Virus record (IMG/VR): IMGVR_UViG_3300029080_000085
DNA length: 14,244 nucleotides
Origin: a virus
Taxonomy: Duplodnaviria > Heunggongvirae > Uroviricota > Caudoviricetes
Reading direction: 5' to 3' (one strand)
Part shown: positions 1-7,253 of the stretch, one piece after another
Layout: each line of letters opens with the position of its first letter
Position numbering within the stretch: the stretch's first letter is position 1
Position numbers and translations under genes: made by a program
Notes under the pieces: generated by a model
Database searches by the model: none
Told to the model about the DNA's origin: nothing
What the model saw: the letters and a program-made list of their open reading frames with translations, nothing else

Positions 1-228
1 TCAAACATCGTGGCGTTGACAGTTAAGACTGTTGGCATGTTCTGCAACCTGATTGAATCGATTGAAGTTGAATGCCTGGGTGGCGATTACCTGCCCCAGC
101 ATAGAGTTGTCACTTCGCAGAACGTCGTTATCGCTCTGAAGATTACTGGCGTGAGAGCAACTCTTGACGAGAGCGACCGAAAGGCCAGCAATAACGACAA
201 CGCCTATAAGATCCGGATTAATTTTCAT
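1..228 (-). CDS. Short Rz-like membrane protein (75 aa), possibly a truncated i-spanin or rzpQ-like
   Basis: ATG at 228 overlaps the endolysin stop (ATGA). N-terminal hydrophobic segment LIGVVVIAGLSVALV. Stop codon falls exactly at positions 3-1, so the ORF is complete but only about half the length of a typical Rz. Confidence 0.4.
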   Translation of the reverse strand: MKINPDLIGVVVIAGLSVALVKSCSHASNLQSDNDVLRSDNSMLGQVIATQAFNFNRFNQVAEHANSLNCQRHDV

Positions 229-767
229 TGCTCCAGCCCCCAGCACGCCAGTGCGCTTTCCTGATCGCGCCGCTCGACCTGCCCATAACAGCCATTCTTC
301 TGCCCTTTTGTCAGGCGGCAATCACGCCCACCATCTTTTATCCACCAGCGAATCGCCTCGCATGCCCCCTTACGATCATCGGCATTCAGCCGCTTATAAA
401 ACGTCGACGGGAAACACTTACCGGGGCCAATGTTATAGGGACAAAATGACGCTATACCCGCTTTCTGTGGTTCGGTCAGTGGCACTTTAATATTGCGCTC
501 CACCCATGCCAGCGCCTTATCCCGTTCAATGGCGTTAACCTGGTCGCATTTTTCCTTCGACAGTTTCATACCGGGAAAAACGGGTTTTCCATCCACCACC
601 GTGGCACCCCGACAGATGGTCCAGATGCCGGAACCATCGCGGTATGCCGTTGTGTGGTTACCTTCTTTTTCATTCAGAAACTGGTCGAGAATATCAGGCG
701 CAGGCGCACCGACGGCAATCAGTGCCAGAACGGCAGCCGACAGGCCGTATCTGATTTTTACGTTCAT
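225..767 (-). CDS. SAR endolysin (T4-lysozyme-like glycoside hydrolase, R21-like)
   Basis: 180-aa ORF with N-terminal signal-anchor-release-like hydrophobic stretch (LSAAVLALIAVGAPAP) followed by a lysozyme-like core (EGNHTTAYRDGSGIWTICRGAT); sits in a lysis cassette downstream of a pinholin. Confidence 0.8.
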   Translation of the reverse strand: MNVKIRYGLSAAVLALIAVGAPAPDILDQFLNEKEGNHTTAYRDGSGIWTICRGATVVDGKPVFPGMKLSKEKCDQVNAIERDKALAWVERNIKVPLTEPQKAGIASFCPYNIGPGKCFPSTFYKRLNADDRKGACEAIRWWIKDGGRDCRLTKGQKNGCYGQVERRDQESALACWGLEQ

Positions 768-872
768 GGATATTTATCAGGATTTATCGGTTTCTGAACC
801 CTGGATATGTTTATCTGTCCCGGCCTGTTGAATCAGGCAAGGAATAGTTAAATACAATAGAGAGGATTGTTT

Positions 873-1145
873 ATGGACAATAGCACCATTTCTCTACAGG
901 AGTTGCTCGACTGCATTTCCAAGCTTCGGGATGATGTAAATGCCCTTACTGTCGCATTTTCATATCTGGCATTCTCAATTCCCAAGGAACAAATGCAACC
1001 AACACTGGCATCGCTCCAGCTTGAATCACTCAACCCCAAATGGTCCCAGCAACAACAAAATTCTTTCAAGTGGCTGGCGGTATTACTGGAAGAAAAATAT
1101 GCTGGTGAAATTACCATTTCGGCGGAGTCTTCAGAGAACCAGTAA
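873..1145 (+). CDS. Hypothetical 90-aa protein, antisense to the late lysis operon
   Basis: Strong RBS AGAGAGGA 6-7 nt upstream of ATG 873. Convergent with and overlapping the 3' end of the minus-strand ORF 1111-1455 by 35 bp. No recognisable motif. Confidence 0.45.
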   Translation: MDNSTISLQELLDCISKLRDDVNALTVAFSYLAFSIPKEQMQPTLASLQLESLNPKWSQQQQNSFKWLAVLLEEKYAGEITISAESSENQ

Positions 1146-1455
1146 TTCTTCCCGGTAGCTTTCCTTTGTAGGTTATCCACACATTCTGCGCCTCTAAAAT
1201 TATGGGGCGCTTTTCCGGCGACAGCTCATCCCCTTCACATAACCCGGCAGCAACATCCAGGAAGACCTGTCTGATGCTCCTTCTGGCTGCTGCCTCATAA
1301 AACTCCAGCGCGGCACCTTCAACACGGTCCAGCGAGATGTCCAGGTCAAAAATTTCACCGTCAAAGCGTTCTTTGTCCCGTAACGCTAAAGTTACCGTAA
1401 CTTTATTCTCAAAATTGCGGATCCCTTTCACAATCAGTTCATATTTTTGAGTCAT
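1111..1455 (-). CDS. Hypothetical protein between holin and endolysin (YdfR-like, as recalled from the Qin prophage lysis cassette)
   Basis: 114-aa ORF starting 4 nt after the holin stop, with SD GGGGAGAG; position between holin and lysozyme matches the essQ-ydfR-rrrQ arrangement as I recall it. Similarity not verified by search. Confidence 0.55.
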   Translation of the reverse strand: MTQKYELIVKGIRNFENKVTVTLALRDKERFDGEIFDLDISLDRVEGAALEFYEAAARRSIRQVFLDVAAGLCEGDELSPEKRPIILEAQNVWITYKGKLPGRITGSLKTPPKW

Positions 1456-1459
1456 TGAA

Positions 1460-1675
1460 TTACTCTCCCCGTGCAGCCTTACGCTTGTCTTCTTTAATCT
1501 TGAAATAAAGGTTTGTCAGATACGTCAGCAAGCCAAATACCAGACTACCCAGCACACCTATTGCCGCCCACTGTGAGGGCGTGACTTTATCGAGCAACTG
1601 TAAAAACCAGTACCCGGCACTACCTGCTGAGGTGCCATAGGCGACACCCGTTGTTAACTTATCCATGGATTTCAT
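1460..1675 (-). CDS. Class II pinholin (S21-like) with dual-start motif
   Basis: 71-aa [29 protein letters not shown]...[17 protein letters not shown] closely resembles phage 21 / DLP12 EssD-type holins; Met1 and Met4 give the classic antiholin/holin dual start; SD GAGGTG upstream. Confidence 0.85.
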
Positions 1676-1710
1676 AACCCCACCTCGCAGATGCGGGTGC
1701 TGTGTAATGG

Positions 1711-1735
1711 AAATAAAAAGGCCACCTACGTGGCC
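1711..1735 (-). terminator. Intrinsic terminator downstream of the methyltransferase gene
   Basis: Perfect 6-bp stem GGCCAC-CTAC-GTGGCC (1720-1735) followed on the minus strand by a U-run (TTTTTATTT, complement of 1711-1719). Confidence 0.6.
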
Positions 1736-1741
1736 ACCAGA

Positions 1742-2794
1742 TTATTTCCCCACCAGCTCGTTTATCTCTTTCACTGTCTGGTTAAACCGCTCTGACTCAA
1801 GCTCAACACCTAAGGCCCGACGCCCCAGCGCCATTGCTGCTTTTATTGTGGAACCGGATCCCATAAAAAAATCAGCAACCAGATCACCAGGTCGACTACT
1901 GGCATTGATTATTTGCCGGAGCATATCCGCAGGTTTCTCACACGGATGTTTACCCGGGTAGAACTGAACGGGTTTATGCATCCAGACATCGGTATAAGGC
2001 ACGGAGACTGATACGGAGAAATAGCGCCGGAGAGATTTAAACTCATCCAGCAATTCAGAATATTTGCGATTCAGTGAATCATAAGATGCCACCAGCTGGT
2101 GGTGTGGTTGTTCCAGTTGTTGTTCCTGAAACTTCTCTGCCGCTATACGGGAAAACAGTGCCTGTAACTTCCGATAGTCAGCCTCATTCGGCAACTGCCA
2201 CTGACTGGCACCAAACCAGTGGGAAACCATATTTTTCTTACCTGTGGCTTCGGCAATTTGTTTTGCCGTTATACCCAGTTCGGCACGAGCATCCCTGAAA
2301 TACGATATCAGCGGTGCCATTATGTGCTGTTTGAGTTCCCTTTCTTTTGCCGCATAGCCGTCACTTTTGCCGCGATATGGCCCCTGGTAATGTTCAGCAA
2401 ACAGAACGCGCTCTGTGGCAGGAAAATATGCGCGCAGACTTTCTTTATTACACCCATTCCAACGTCCGGACGGCTTCGCCCAGATGATATGGTTAAGCAC
2501 GTTGAAACGTTCACGCATCATGATCTCAATATCAGATGCCAGGCGATGCCCACAGAACAGGTAAAGGCTTCCGGCAGGCTTTAACACCCGCCAGAACTGG
2601 GCCAGACAGTGGTCCAGCCACTTAAGGTAATCTTCGTCCCCTTTCCACTGATTGTCCCAGCCGTTGGGTTTCACCTTGAAGTACGGCGGATCGGTAACAA
2701 TCAGGTCAATGGAATCATCAGGCAGGGACTGAATAAAATGCAGGCAATCAGCGTTGATTAAATCAACACTGTTTATTTTTACAGTATTTTTCAT
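1742..2794 (-). CDS. DNA methyltransferase (beta-class N6-adenine/N4-cytosine family), no adjacent recognisable restriction enzyme
   Basis: 350-aa ORF with motif IV DLIVTDPPYF near the N-terminus and motif I FFMGSGSTIKAAMALGRRALGVELE near the C-terminus (order IV then I). Confidence 0.85.
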   Translation of the reverse strand: MKNTVKINSVDLINADCLHFIQSLPDDSIDLIVTDPPYFKVKPNGWDNQWKGDEDYLKWLDHCLAQFWRVLKPAGSLYLFCGHRLASDIEIMMRERFNVLNHIIWAKPSGRWNGCNKESLRAYFPATERVLFAEHYQGPYRGKSDGYAAKERELKQHIMAPLISYFRDARAELGITAKQIAEATGKKNMVSHWFGASQWQLPNEADYRKLQALFSRIAAEKFQEQQLEQPHHQLVASYDSLNRKYSELLDEFKSLRRYFSVSVSVPYTDVWMHKPVQFYPGKHPCEKPADMLRQIINASSRPGDLVADFFMGSGSTIKAAMALGRRALGVELESERFNQTVKEINELVGK

Positions 2795-2943
2795 GGATCA
2801 GTAAGCGTAACTCTGGTAGGCTCACTCTGCTTTTGCGCTAAAGCAGTGGGCCGTGGTTCGCTTGTGACCAGTAAGCATGAGCGAATGGCTGGCAGGTGCT
2901 ACCAACACCCACCAGCCGCCCATTTTCACAAATTAAAAGCCCT

Positions 2944-3138
2944 TCATTGCTGAAGGCGTCTGTAACAGCCGAACTGGTAATCTGCCAGCCCCGCCATAAC
3001 CAGCTGGGTCAGTATTAACTGACAGCGTTCGCGTGAAAGGTATGTGTTTTGTGCAATCTCCCCGACTGTTGCCGGTTCGATGCTTAATTCATTAAAAACA
3101 ACTTTCGCCGTTTCTGTCATATCTTGCTGTTTTAGCAT
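2944..3138 (-). CDS. Small putative winged-helix-like DNA-binding protein (64 aa)
   Basis: Preferred start ATG 3138 preceded by GAAGGGAAAAAG; the longer ORF-track start at 3162 lacks an RBS. Segment ATVGEIAQNTYLSRERCQLILTQLVMAGL resembles a recognition helix and wing. Fold assignment is inference. Confidence 0.35.
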   Translation of the reverse strand: MLKQQDMTETAKVVFNELSIEPATVGEIAQNTYLSRERCQLILTQLVMAGLADYQFGCYRRLQQ

Positions 3139-3257
3139 GTCTTTTTCCCTTCTGGTTAACATGACATACCAATAACTCTTGTCTAAAAAGCCAGCAAGAT
3201 AAACAGTCAGTATTCACGACCACCAGCGTGTTTACCGTACTGCACCAATGTTTAATT

Positions 3258-3281
3258 TATAAAAAAACCGCGAGAACGCGG
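3258..3281 (-). terminator. Intrinsic terminator downstream of the 176-aa moron ORF
   Basis: Perfect stem CCGCG-AGAA-CGCGG (3268-3281) followed on the minus strand by a 7-nt U-run (complement of A-run 3261-3267). Confidence 0.6.
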
Positions 3282-3319
3282 TAAGTATTGTTAAAAAACC
3301 AACAGTAATTTCACTCAAC

Positions 3320-3850
3320 TTATTTAATACATTCTTTTGCTTGCGCATAATAAATTTTATGAGTATTAGCAAGCTTAACGAAGTTATACTTAACTGCCCC
3401 TAACAGGGTTCCAACTCTTGTATGCCCTTCCATTAAATGGAGCCCTGTTGTATTACTTTTCAGCAAAGCTCGATCTATAAAAAATGGTGGTTCGCACCAT
3501 GTGCCAAAATTACACCAATGCGCTTTTATTTCATCATCCATAAATACATCACCTTTACGGGTCATGTAATCTTCAACGACCTCATGCAAAAAATCAGGGC
3601 AAGTAGCATTATCCCCGATAGTTAAAAAGTTTTTAGTGGGAAGTTCAATCAATTTCCATTCAATTTGGTCAATATCAAGATCCCCATAAAGCTTCTGAAA
3701 TCTGTCATCGCCTACCAATCCATAATAAATCTCCTGAATTACAGGAGAGGGGGCAATGATAGAATATTGCTCACGAAGTATTCTTTCAGCCTCAGGAGCT
3801 TCAAATATGGTTCTTTCTGAGAAAATAGGCAGAAGATCTCGGTATAACAT
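3320..3850 (-). CDS. Hypothetical 176-aa protein; AT-rich moron between Q and the lysis genes
   Basis: Clean ORF, visibly AT-rich relative to flanking phage genes, with its own downstream terminator and a possible SD (GGGG) 6 nt upstream. No family recognised; contains acidic/lysine clusters (GDLDIDQIEWK, GDVFMDDEIK). Confidence 0.6.
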   Translation of the reverse strand: MLYRDLLPIFSERTIFEAPEAERILREQYSIIAPSPVIQEIYYGLVGDDRFQKLYGDLDIDQIEWKLIELPTKNFLTIGDNATCPDFLHEVVEDYMTRKGDVFMDDEIKAHWCNFGTWCEPPFFIDRALLKSNTTGLHLMEGHTRVGTLLGAVKYNFVKLANTHKIYYAQAKECIK

Positions 3851-3882
3851 CCATATCCCCGTGTAAGAAAAAATAATTTAAC

Positions 3883-3902
3883 CCGCTCGGCTGCGGTTTT
3901 TT
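3883..3902. terminator. Terminator-like hairpin in the Q-proximal leader (possible tR'-region element), strand ambiguous
   Basis: CCGC-TCGGCT-GCGG followed by TTTTTT on the plus strand; on the minus strand the same hairpin is followed by GUUAAAUUAUUUUUUU. Only a 4-bp stem. Confidence 0.3.
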
Positions 3903-3943
3903 GGACTTATCAACGGTAGACATACAAAGCCCATCGTTGAGAA

Positions 3944-3972
3944 AATCTTATCCATGTTTTTTGAAAAATGCA
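3944..3972 (-). promoter_or_regulatory. Candidate pR'-like late promoter immediately downstream of Q
   Basis: Minus-strand TTGCAT (3972-3967), 16-nt spacer, TAAGAT (3950-3945). Position after Q matches the lambda pR'/qut arrangement. Hexamers only 4/6 each. Confidence 0.3.
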
Positions 3973-4004
3973 AGCATCATGTCGCTATCTTTGGTGAAAA
4001 TCAT

Positions 4005-4757
4005 TTATCTTGTCACTTTTCTCAATTGCGCTTCAGCATATGCTTCTTCCTGCCAGCACTTTGTAACCAGTTTATCAATGACGTCTGCATATCCTTTGTA
4101 CCACTGATAATCCGTCAGGTCTGTTACCAGATTCTGGACATGATGCCGCGCCAGTGTGGTTGGTAAACGGCTAAACCGATTTCCATTGCAACGCCCACAA
4201 ATCTTATAAACAGGCGTGCCATGAAGCCGGGTCCTTTTTTCATCCAGGACAATACCTTTACCCTTACACCCTCTGCACGCTGTGCTGACTTCTCCCTTAC
4301 CATGACAATGCTGACATAGTTCCTTCACCCACTCTTCCTTGATAACAGATTCCCCGCTTCTGGAGTGTTTCACCACTTCGCGCAATACATTATGAAATCC
4401 AGTACCAGCACAATGCTCACAGCGAGCCTTACTTGCCGCAGACCTGGAATAATCAGCAAAGGCAAAATTCACAAGGTAAGGAATAATCTGTAGCCGGGTT
4501 TCTTCACTCAATTTATTCAATGTCGGGTTATCCAGTGCCATCGCGTAATTGAGCAGACCTTCAATCGCAAACTGAGGATCCTGAACACCAACTTTTGCCA
4601 GGAATAAGGCAAACCCAAGCGGTGCTTTCGACTGCACCATCCCCTGCGCAGCCATCACATCCGTAATTGTTAAACCACCAGAGCCTGTCGCCGGTGCGTC
4701 ATCGCTCAATTTTGGAGATTTTGGGGAGTAATATTTCGGTAAGGCTTCAAGGTTCAT
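4005..4757 (-). CDS. Q: Late-gene antiterminator Q (lambda Q family)
   Basis: Strong recalled similarity to lambda Q: YYSPKSPKLSD...TDVMAAQGM, FAFADYSRSAASKARCEHCAGTG, CGRCNGNRFSRLP, C-terminal ...KVTR; CxxC zinc-finger pairs. Start at MNLEA (4757) preferred, with SD GGAGAA. Confidence 0.85.
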   Translation of the reverse strand: MNLEALPKYYSPKSPKLSDDAPATGSGGLTITDVMAAQGMVQSKAPLGFALFLAKVGVQDPQFAIEGLLNYAMALDNPTLNKLSEETRLQIIPYLVNFAFADYSRSAASKARCEHCAGTGFHNVLREVVKHSRSGESVIKEEWVKELCQHCHGKGEVSTACRGCKGKGIVLDEKRTRLHGTPVYKICGRCNGNRFSRLPTTLARHHVQNLVTDLTDYQWYKGYADVIDKLVTKCWQEEAYAEAQLRKVTR

Positions 4758-4770
4758 GCTCGTTCTCCAC

Positions 4771-5766
4771 TTACGCCAGTACACCTATTGCCAGCGCACG
4801 ATCGATAAAACGAAATATCAGCTCCAGCTGGGAGCCATACTTCTCTTCAAATGCCACGGTATCCGCATGCAGCTCGTCGTGATGCTTTCTGCACAAAGGC
4901 AACACAAAAAGGTCATGCGCTTTTGTTCCCATTCCACCCTGACCGTGACCTATCAGGTGGTGGGGATCATCAGCGGGCTTTCCACAACATGCACACGGCT
5001 GTGTCTTAACCCAGCGCGTGTACTTTTCATTAACCCAGCGGCGACGTTTTGGGCGTAACATAAAAGACTCCGGCGACTCCGGATCCACTTTCAGCGCCAG
5101 CACCTTTTTCGCCTTATCCTGGATGATGCTGGTGGCAGGAACCGAAGGCACAAGGTCACTTTCCCGGGTGACAGACGGCACAACAGGCTTCGGTAATCTC
5201 AGTGCCTTACGGGCTGCACTTTCCGGTAAGGCGTCCGCCAGGTCATTACGAATCAGCCACCAGCACAGTTCCGGCATTGTCACAACGTGACTGTCATCAA
5301 AACCGAGATCCCGACGCACAACAGACAACACCCAGCGGGCACAGTTATCCGTTGCCATTGATTCCAGCCGTTCCGTGAACTGATCGCGCAGCTGGTTATC
5401 GCAGTGCCAGCACAGACGGATTGCGCCCGGAGCGTGTCGCATTGTTGTCATGTTCTCGCTGTGCCAGTCGGAATGAAGCCACTGGCAGCCTTTTTCACGA
5501 AGTAACCAGCTTTCAAGACATTCCACGCCACCAGCACGACGGATCACTGCCTCATTGCGGAACACGGCCCGAACGGCAGGATCATCCGCCAGCGGTTGTG
5601 ATGCCGCGGGAACGGCACCACTGGCGAAAGATGAATAACGTTCCGGCTCAGGCTCCAGCAGGACACGCCCCTGCATAAACAAGGGCATCAGCTCTGAACC
5701 TGGCCTGAACAATACGATCCCCATACGCGGGGCAATTTCAGGGGTCAGTAGTGCTCTCACGGTCAC
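4771..5766 (-). CDS. DUF968-like (YdfU-like) protein with C-terminal HNH-like Cys/His motif
   Basis: 331-aa ORF; C-terminal CACCGKPADDPHHLIGHGQGGMGTKAHDLFVLPLCRKHHDELH; position just upstream of Q as in Qin (ydfU-quuQ). Likely GTG start, 1 nt after the upstream stop. Confidence 0.65.
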   Translation of the reverse strand: MTVRALLTPEIAPRMGIVLFRPGSELMPLFMQGRVLLEPEPERYSSFASGAVPAASQPLADDPAVRAVFRNEAVIRRAGGVECLESWLLREKGCQWLHSDWHSENMTTMRHAPGAIRLCWHCDNQLRDQFTERLESMATDNCARWVLSVVRRDLGFDDSHVVTMPELCWWLIRNDLADALPESAARKALRLPKPVVPSVTRESDLVPSVPATSIIQDKAKKVLALKVDPESPESFMLRPKRRRWVNEKYTRWVKTQPCACCGKPADDPHHLIGHGQGGMGTKAHDLFVLPLCRKHHDELHADTVAFEEKYGSQLELIFRFIDRALAIGVLA

Positions 5767-5767
5767 C

Positions 5768-6577
5768 TCAATGAACGGTATCGAGCAGCTTTAACAGCTC
5801 TGGGAATCGGGATTCGAAGAAATGCGGCTGCGTCTCGCGCGGATTTGCGGGACTGGTGATGTTCTTGCCGAACATGCAGCCTTTCGCCGTCAGCGACCAG
5901 AATTTTTTGATGTTGTTAATCGCTGTACGGCTGTATCGTTCGCGCTGTTCGACGATCCCCAGCTTCGCCATCTGGTGATATGCCTGATTAGCCGTAAGGC
6001 GGATACCATACTGTTTCAGCAGTGCACTCAGCGACAGCGTAGGGCGACTTGAGCCATCAGGCGCGTCAGCAGGAGCATCAATGGCATAGCGCGGTGCCAG
6101 ATTCGGTAAGCCAACAGCCTCCTGGAGTTTCTGACAGGCACCAAGCACAGATGAGTTAGACAGGTTTAACTCCCGGCGCATAAAGTCCAGCAGAATCACG
6201 CCAGCCTGCATCTTGTCAGCAGCCTGTCCGGATAACTTTTCCGGCGCGCTGGTTACCATATCGAAAGTACGGATCACCTTCAGATGGAATGACGGGCTGA
6301 TCCACATTGCATAGGCATACACCAGTTCCTTACAGACATACGTTCCCCGTTCATTTCCCCCATGAATCACACTCACCGGGTCAACACCCAAATTCTGGGT
6401 GTTGGTTAATTCATGAACAAGCTCAACAGTTTGTTGGCTGGAAAGAAACTTTCCTGGCTCCTTGGTTCTGGCATTTGCACCAGATGCTACTGCTGCGCGA
6501 TGCAGATCGTTCAGGCTGTAACGCCCATAAGCATCACGACGAACTTCAATACCATCAATGACCATCAGATTATTCAT
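5768..6577 (-). CDS. KilA-N domain protein with antirepressor-like C-terminal region
   Basis: N-terminal KilA-N-like signature (VIDGIEVRRDAYGRYSLNDLHRAA...GGNERGTYVCKELVYAYAMWISPSFHLKV); RBS GAGGAG upstream of ATG 6577. Confidence 0.7.
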   Translation of the reverse strand: MNNLMVIDGIEVRRDAYGRYSLNDLHRAAVASGANARTKEPGKFLSSQQTVELVHELTNTQNLGVDPVSVIHGGNERGTYVCKELVYAYAMWISPSFHLKVIRTFDMVTSAPEKLSGQAADKMQAGVILLDFMRRELNLSNSSVLGACQKLQEAVGLPNLAPRYAIDAPADAPDGSSRPTLSLSALLKQYGIRLTANQAYHQMAKLGIVEQRERYSRTAINNIKKFWSLTAKGCMFGKNITSPANPRETQPHFFESRFPELLKLLDTVH

Positions 6578-6596
6578 ACTTCGTTTCTCCTCTTAA

Positions 6597-6986
6597 TCAG
6601 GCAGCTGCACCCGCCGTTTTCTCGTACTTACTGATAGTGATCTCGACCTTCCCTTCCGGGATAACCGGTCCCCACTCCACCAGCATTCTTTTCACCTGAC
6701 TGTCGTCTTCCCACACCCCCGCGTGGGTCAGGGCGTCAAACAGCGCCTTGTTATAGTTGTCCAGATCGCGGATCCTGTTATCCGGAGGAAACAACACGAT
6801 CTCCACTGAAGCAGGTGCCGACGTTGGTTTCGGCAGACGACGTAACTGCTCAACTATTGCTGCGCACGCCGCGCTCTGGAATTTTCGCCCCGCCGCGCTT
6901 ATCAGGCTCTTACCAGCAAACGCCCCTTTGTTGGGGTGTCGCCAGTACGTGTTCACGCTGGGCGGAAAAGGCAGGATCAGCTTCAT
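6597..6986 (-). CDS. rusA: Holliday junction resolvase RusA
   Basis: 129-aa ORF with RusA hallmarks: LPFPPSVNTYWRH near the N-terminus, RDLDNYNKALFDALTHAGVWEDDSQV catalytic region; ATGA overlap with upstream ORF. Confidence 0.85.
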   Translation of the reverse strand: MKLILPFPPSVNTYWRHPNKGAFAGKSLISAAGRKFQSAACAAIVEQLRRLPKPTSAPASVEIVLFPPDNRIRDLDNYNKALFDALTHAGVWEDDSQVKRMLVEWGPVIPEGKVEITISKYEKTAGAAA

Positions 6987-7253
6987 ACTTTCAGGCCCCT
7001 CTCATGTAACCAGTGGGTTGCACGCAGCCTTGCGTTTTCCTCACCGGCAAGCAGTGAGCGGATAATCCCGACCGCCTCGCTGTCGTCGTCCTTCACCGCG
7101 GTATGAAGCGTGATGCCCCGGGCCACGCCACGCTTTATCGTGATGACGCCTTTTTTCTCCAGTGCGCGAAGATGCTCCACCGCTGCATTCACTGAACGGT
7201 ACAGGAAGCGCAATCAGTTGCGAGCGACGGTAGTGTGTTGTTAAACTGTTCAT
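6983..7253 (-). pseudogene. Frameshifted/truncated LexA-like winged-helix DNA-binding gene; possible deletion scar at the expected replication-module position
   Basis: ATG 7253 overlaps the CII-like stop (ATGA) and encodes MNSLTTHYRRSQLIA...; a second frame beginning after a TGA encodes LRFLYRSVNAAVEHLRALEKKGVITIKRGVARGITL, matching the LexA helix 3 and wing, and ends ATGA-coupled to rusA. No single frame spans both parts. Confidence 0.35.

Noticed and set aside
10-490. Plus-strand ORFs 10-264, 164-490 and 228-449
   Set aside because: They are antisense shadows of the Rz-like and endolysin genes, with no RBS and low-complexity Pro/Ala/Arg-rich translations.
2074-2584. Plus-strand ORFs 2074-2298 and 2219-2584, and minus ORF 2320-2514
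   Set aside because: All lie inside the well-supported methyltransferase gene on the opposite strand or in an alternative frame; no start signals.
3138-3162. Longer start (ATG 3162) for the small winged-helix-like ORF
   Set aside because: No RBS before 3162, whereas ATG 3138 has GAAGGGAAAAAG at appropriate spacing; the shorter form is preferred, though the gene itself is low confidence.
4757-4784. Upstream start (4784) for Q
   Set aside because: Comparison with the recalled lambda Q N-terminus (MRLESVAKFHSPKSP) aligns with MNLEALPKYYSPKSP starting at 4757, which also has an RBS; the 4784 start would overlap the DUF968 gene end.
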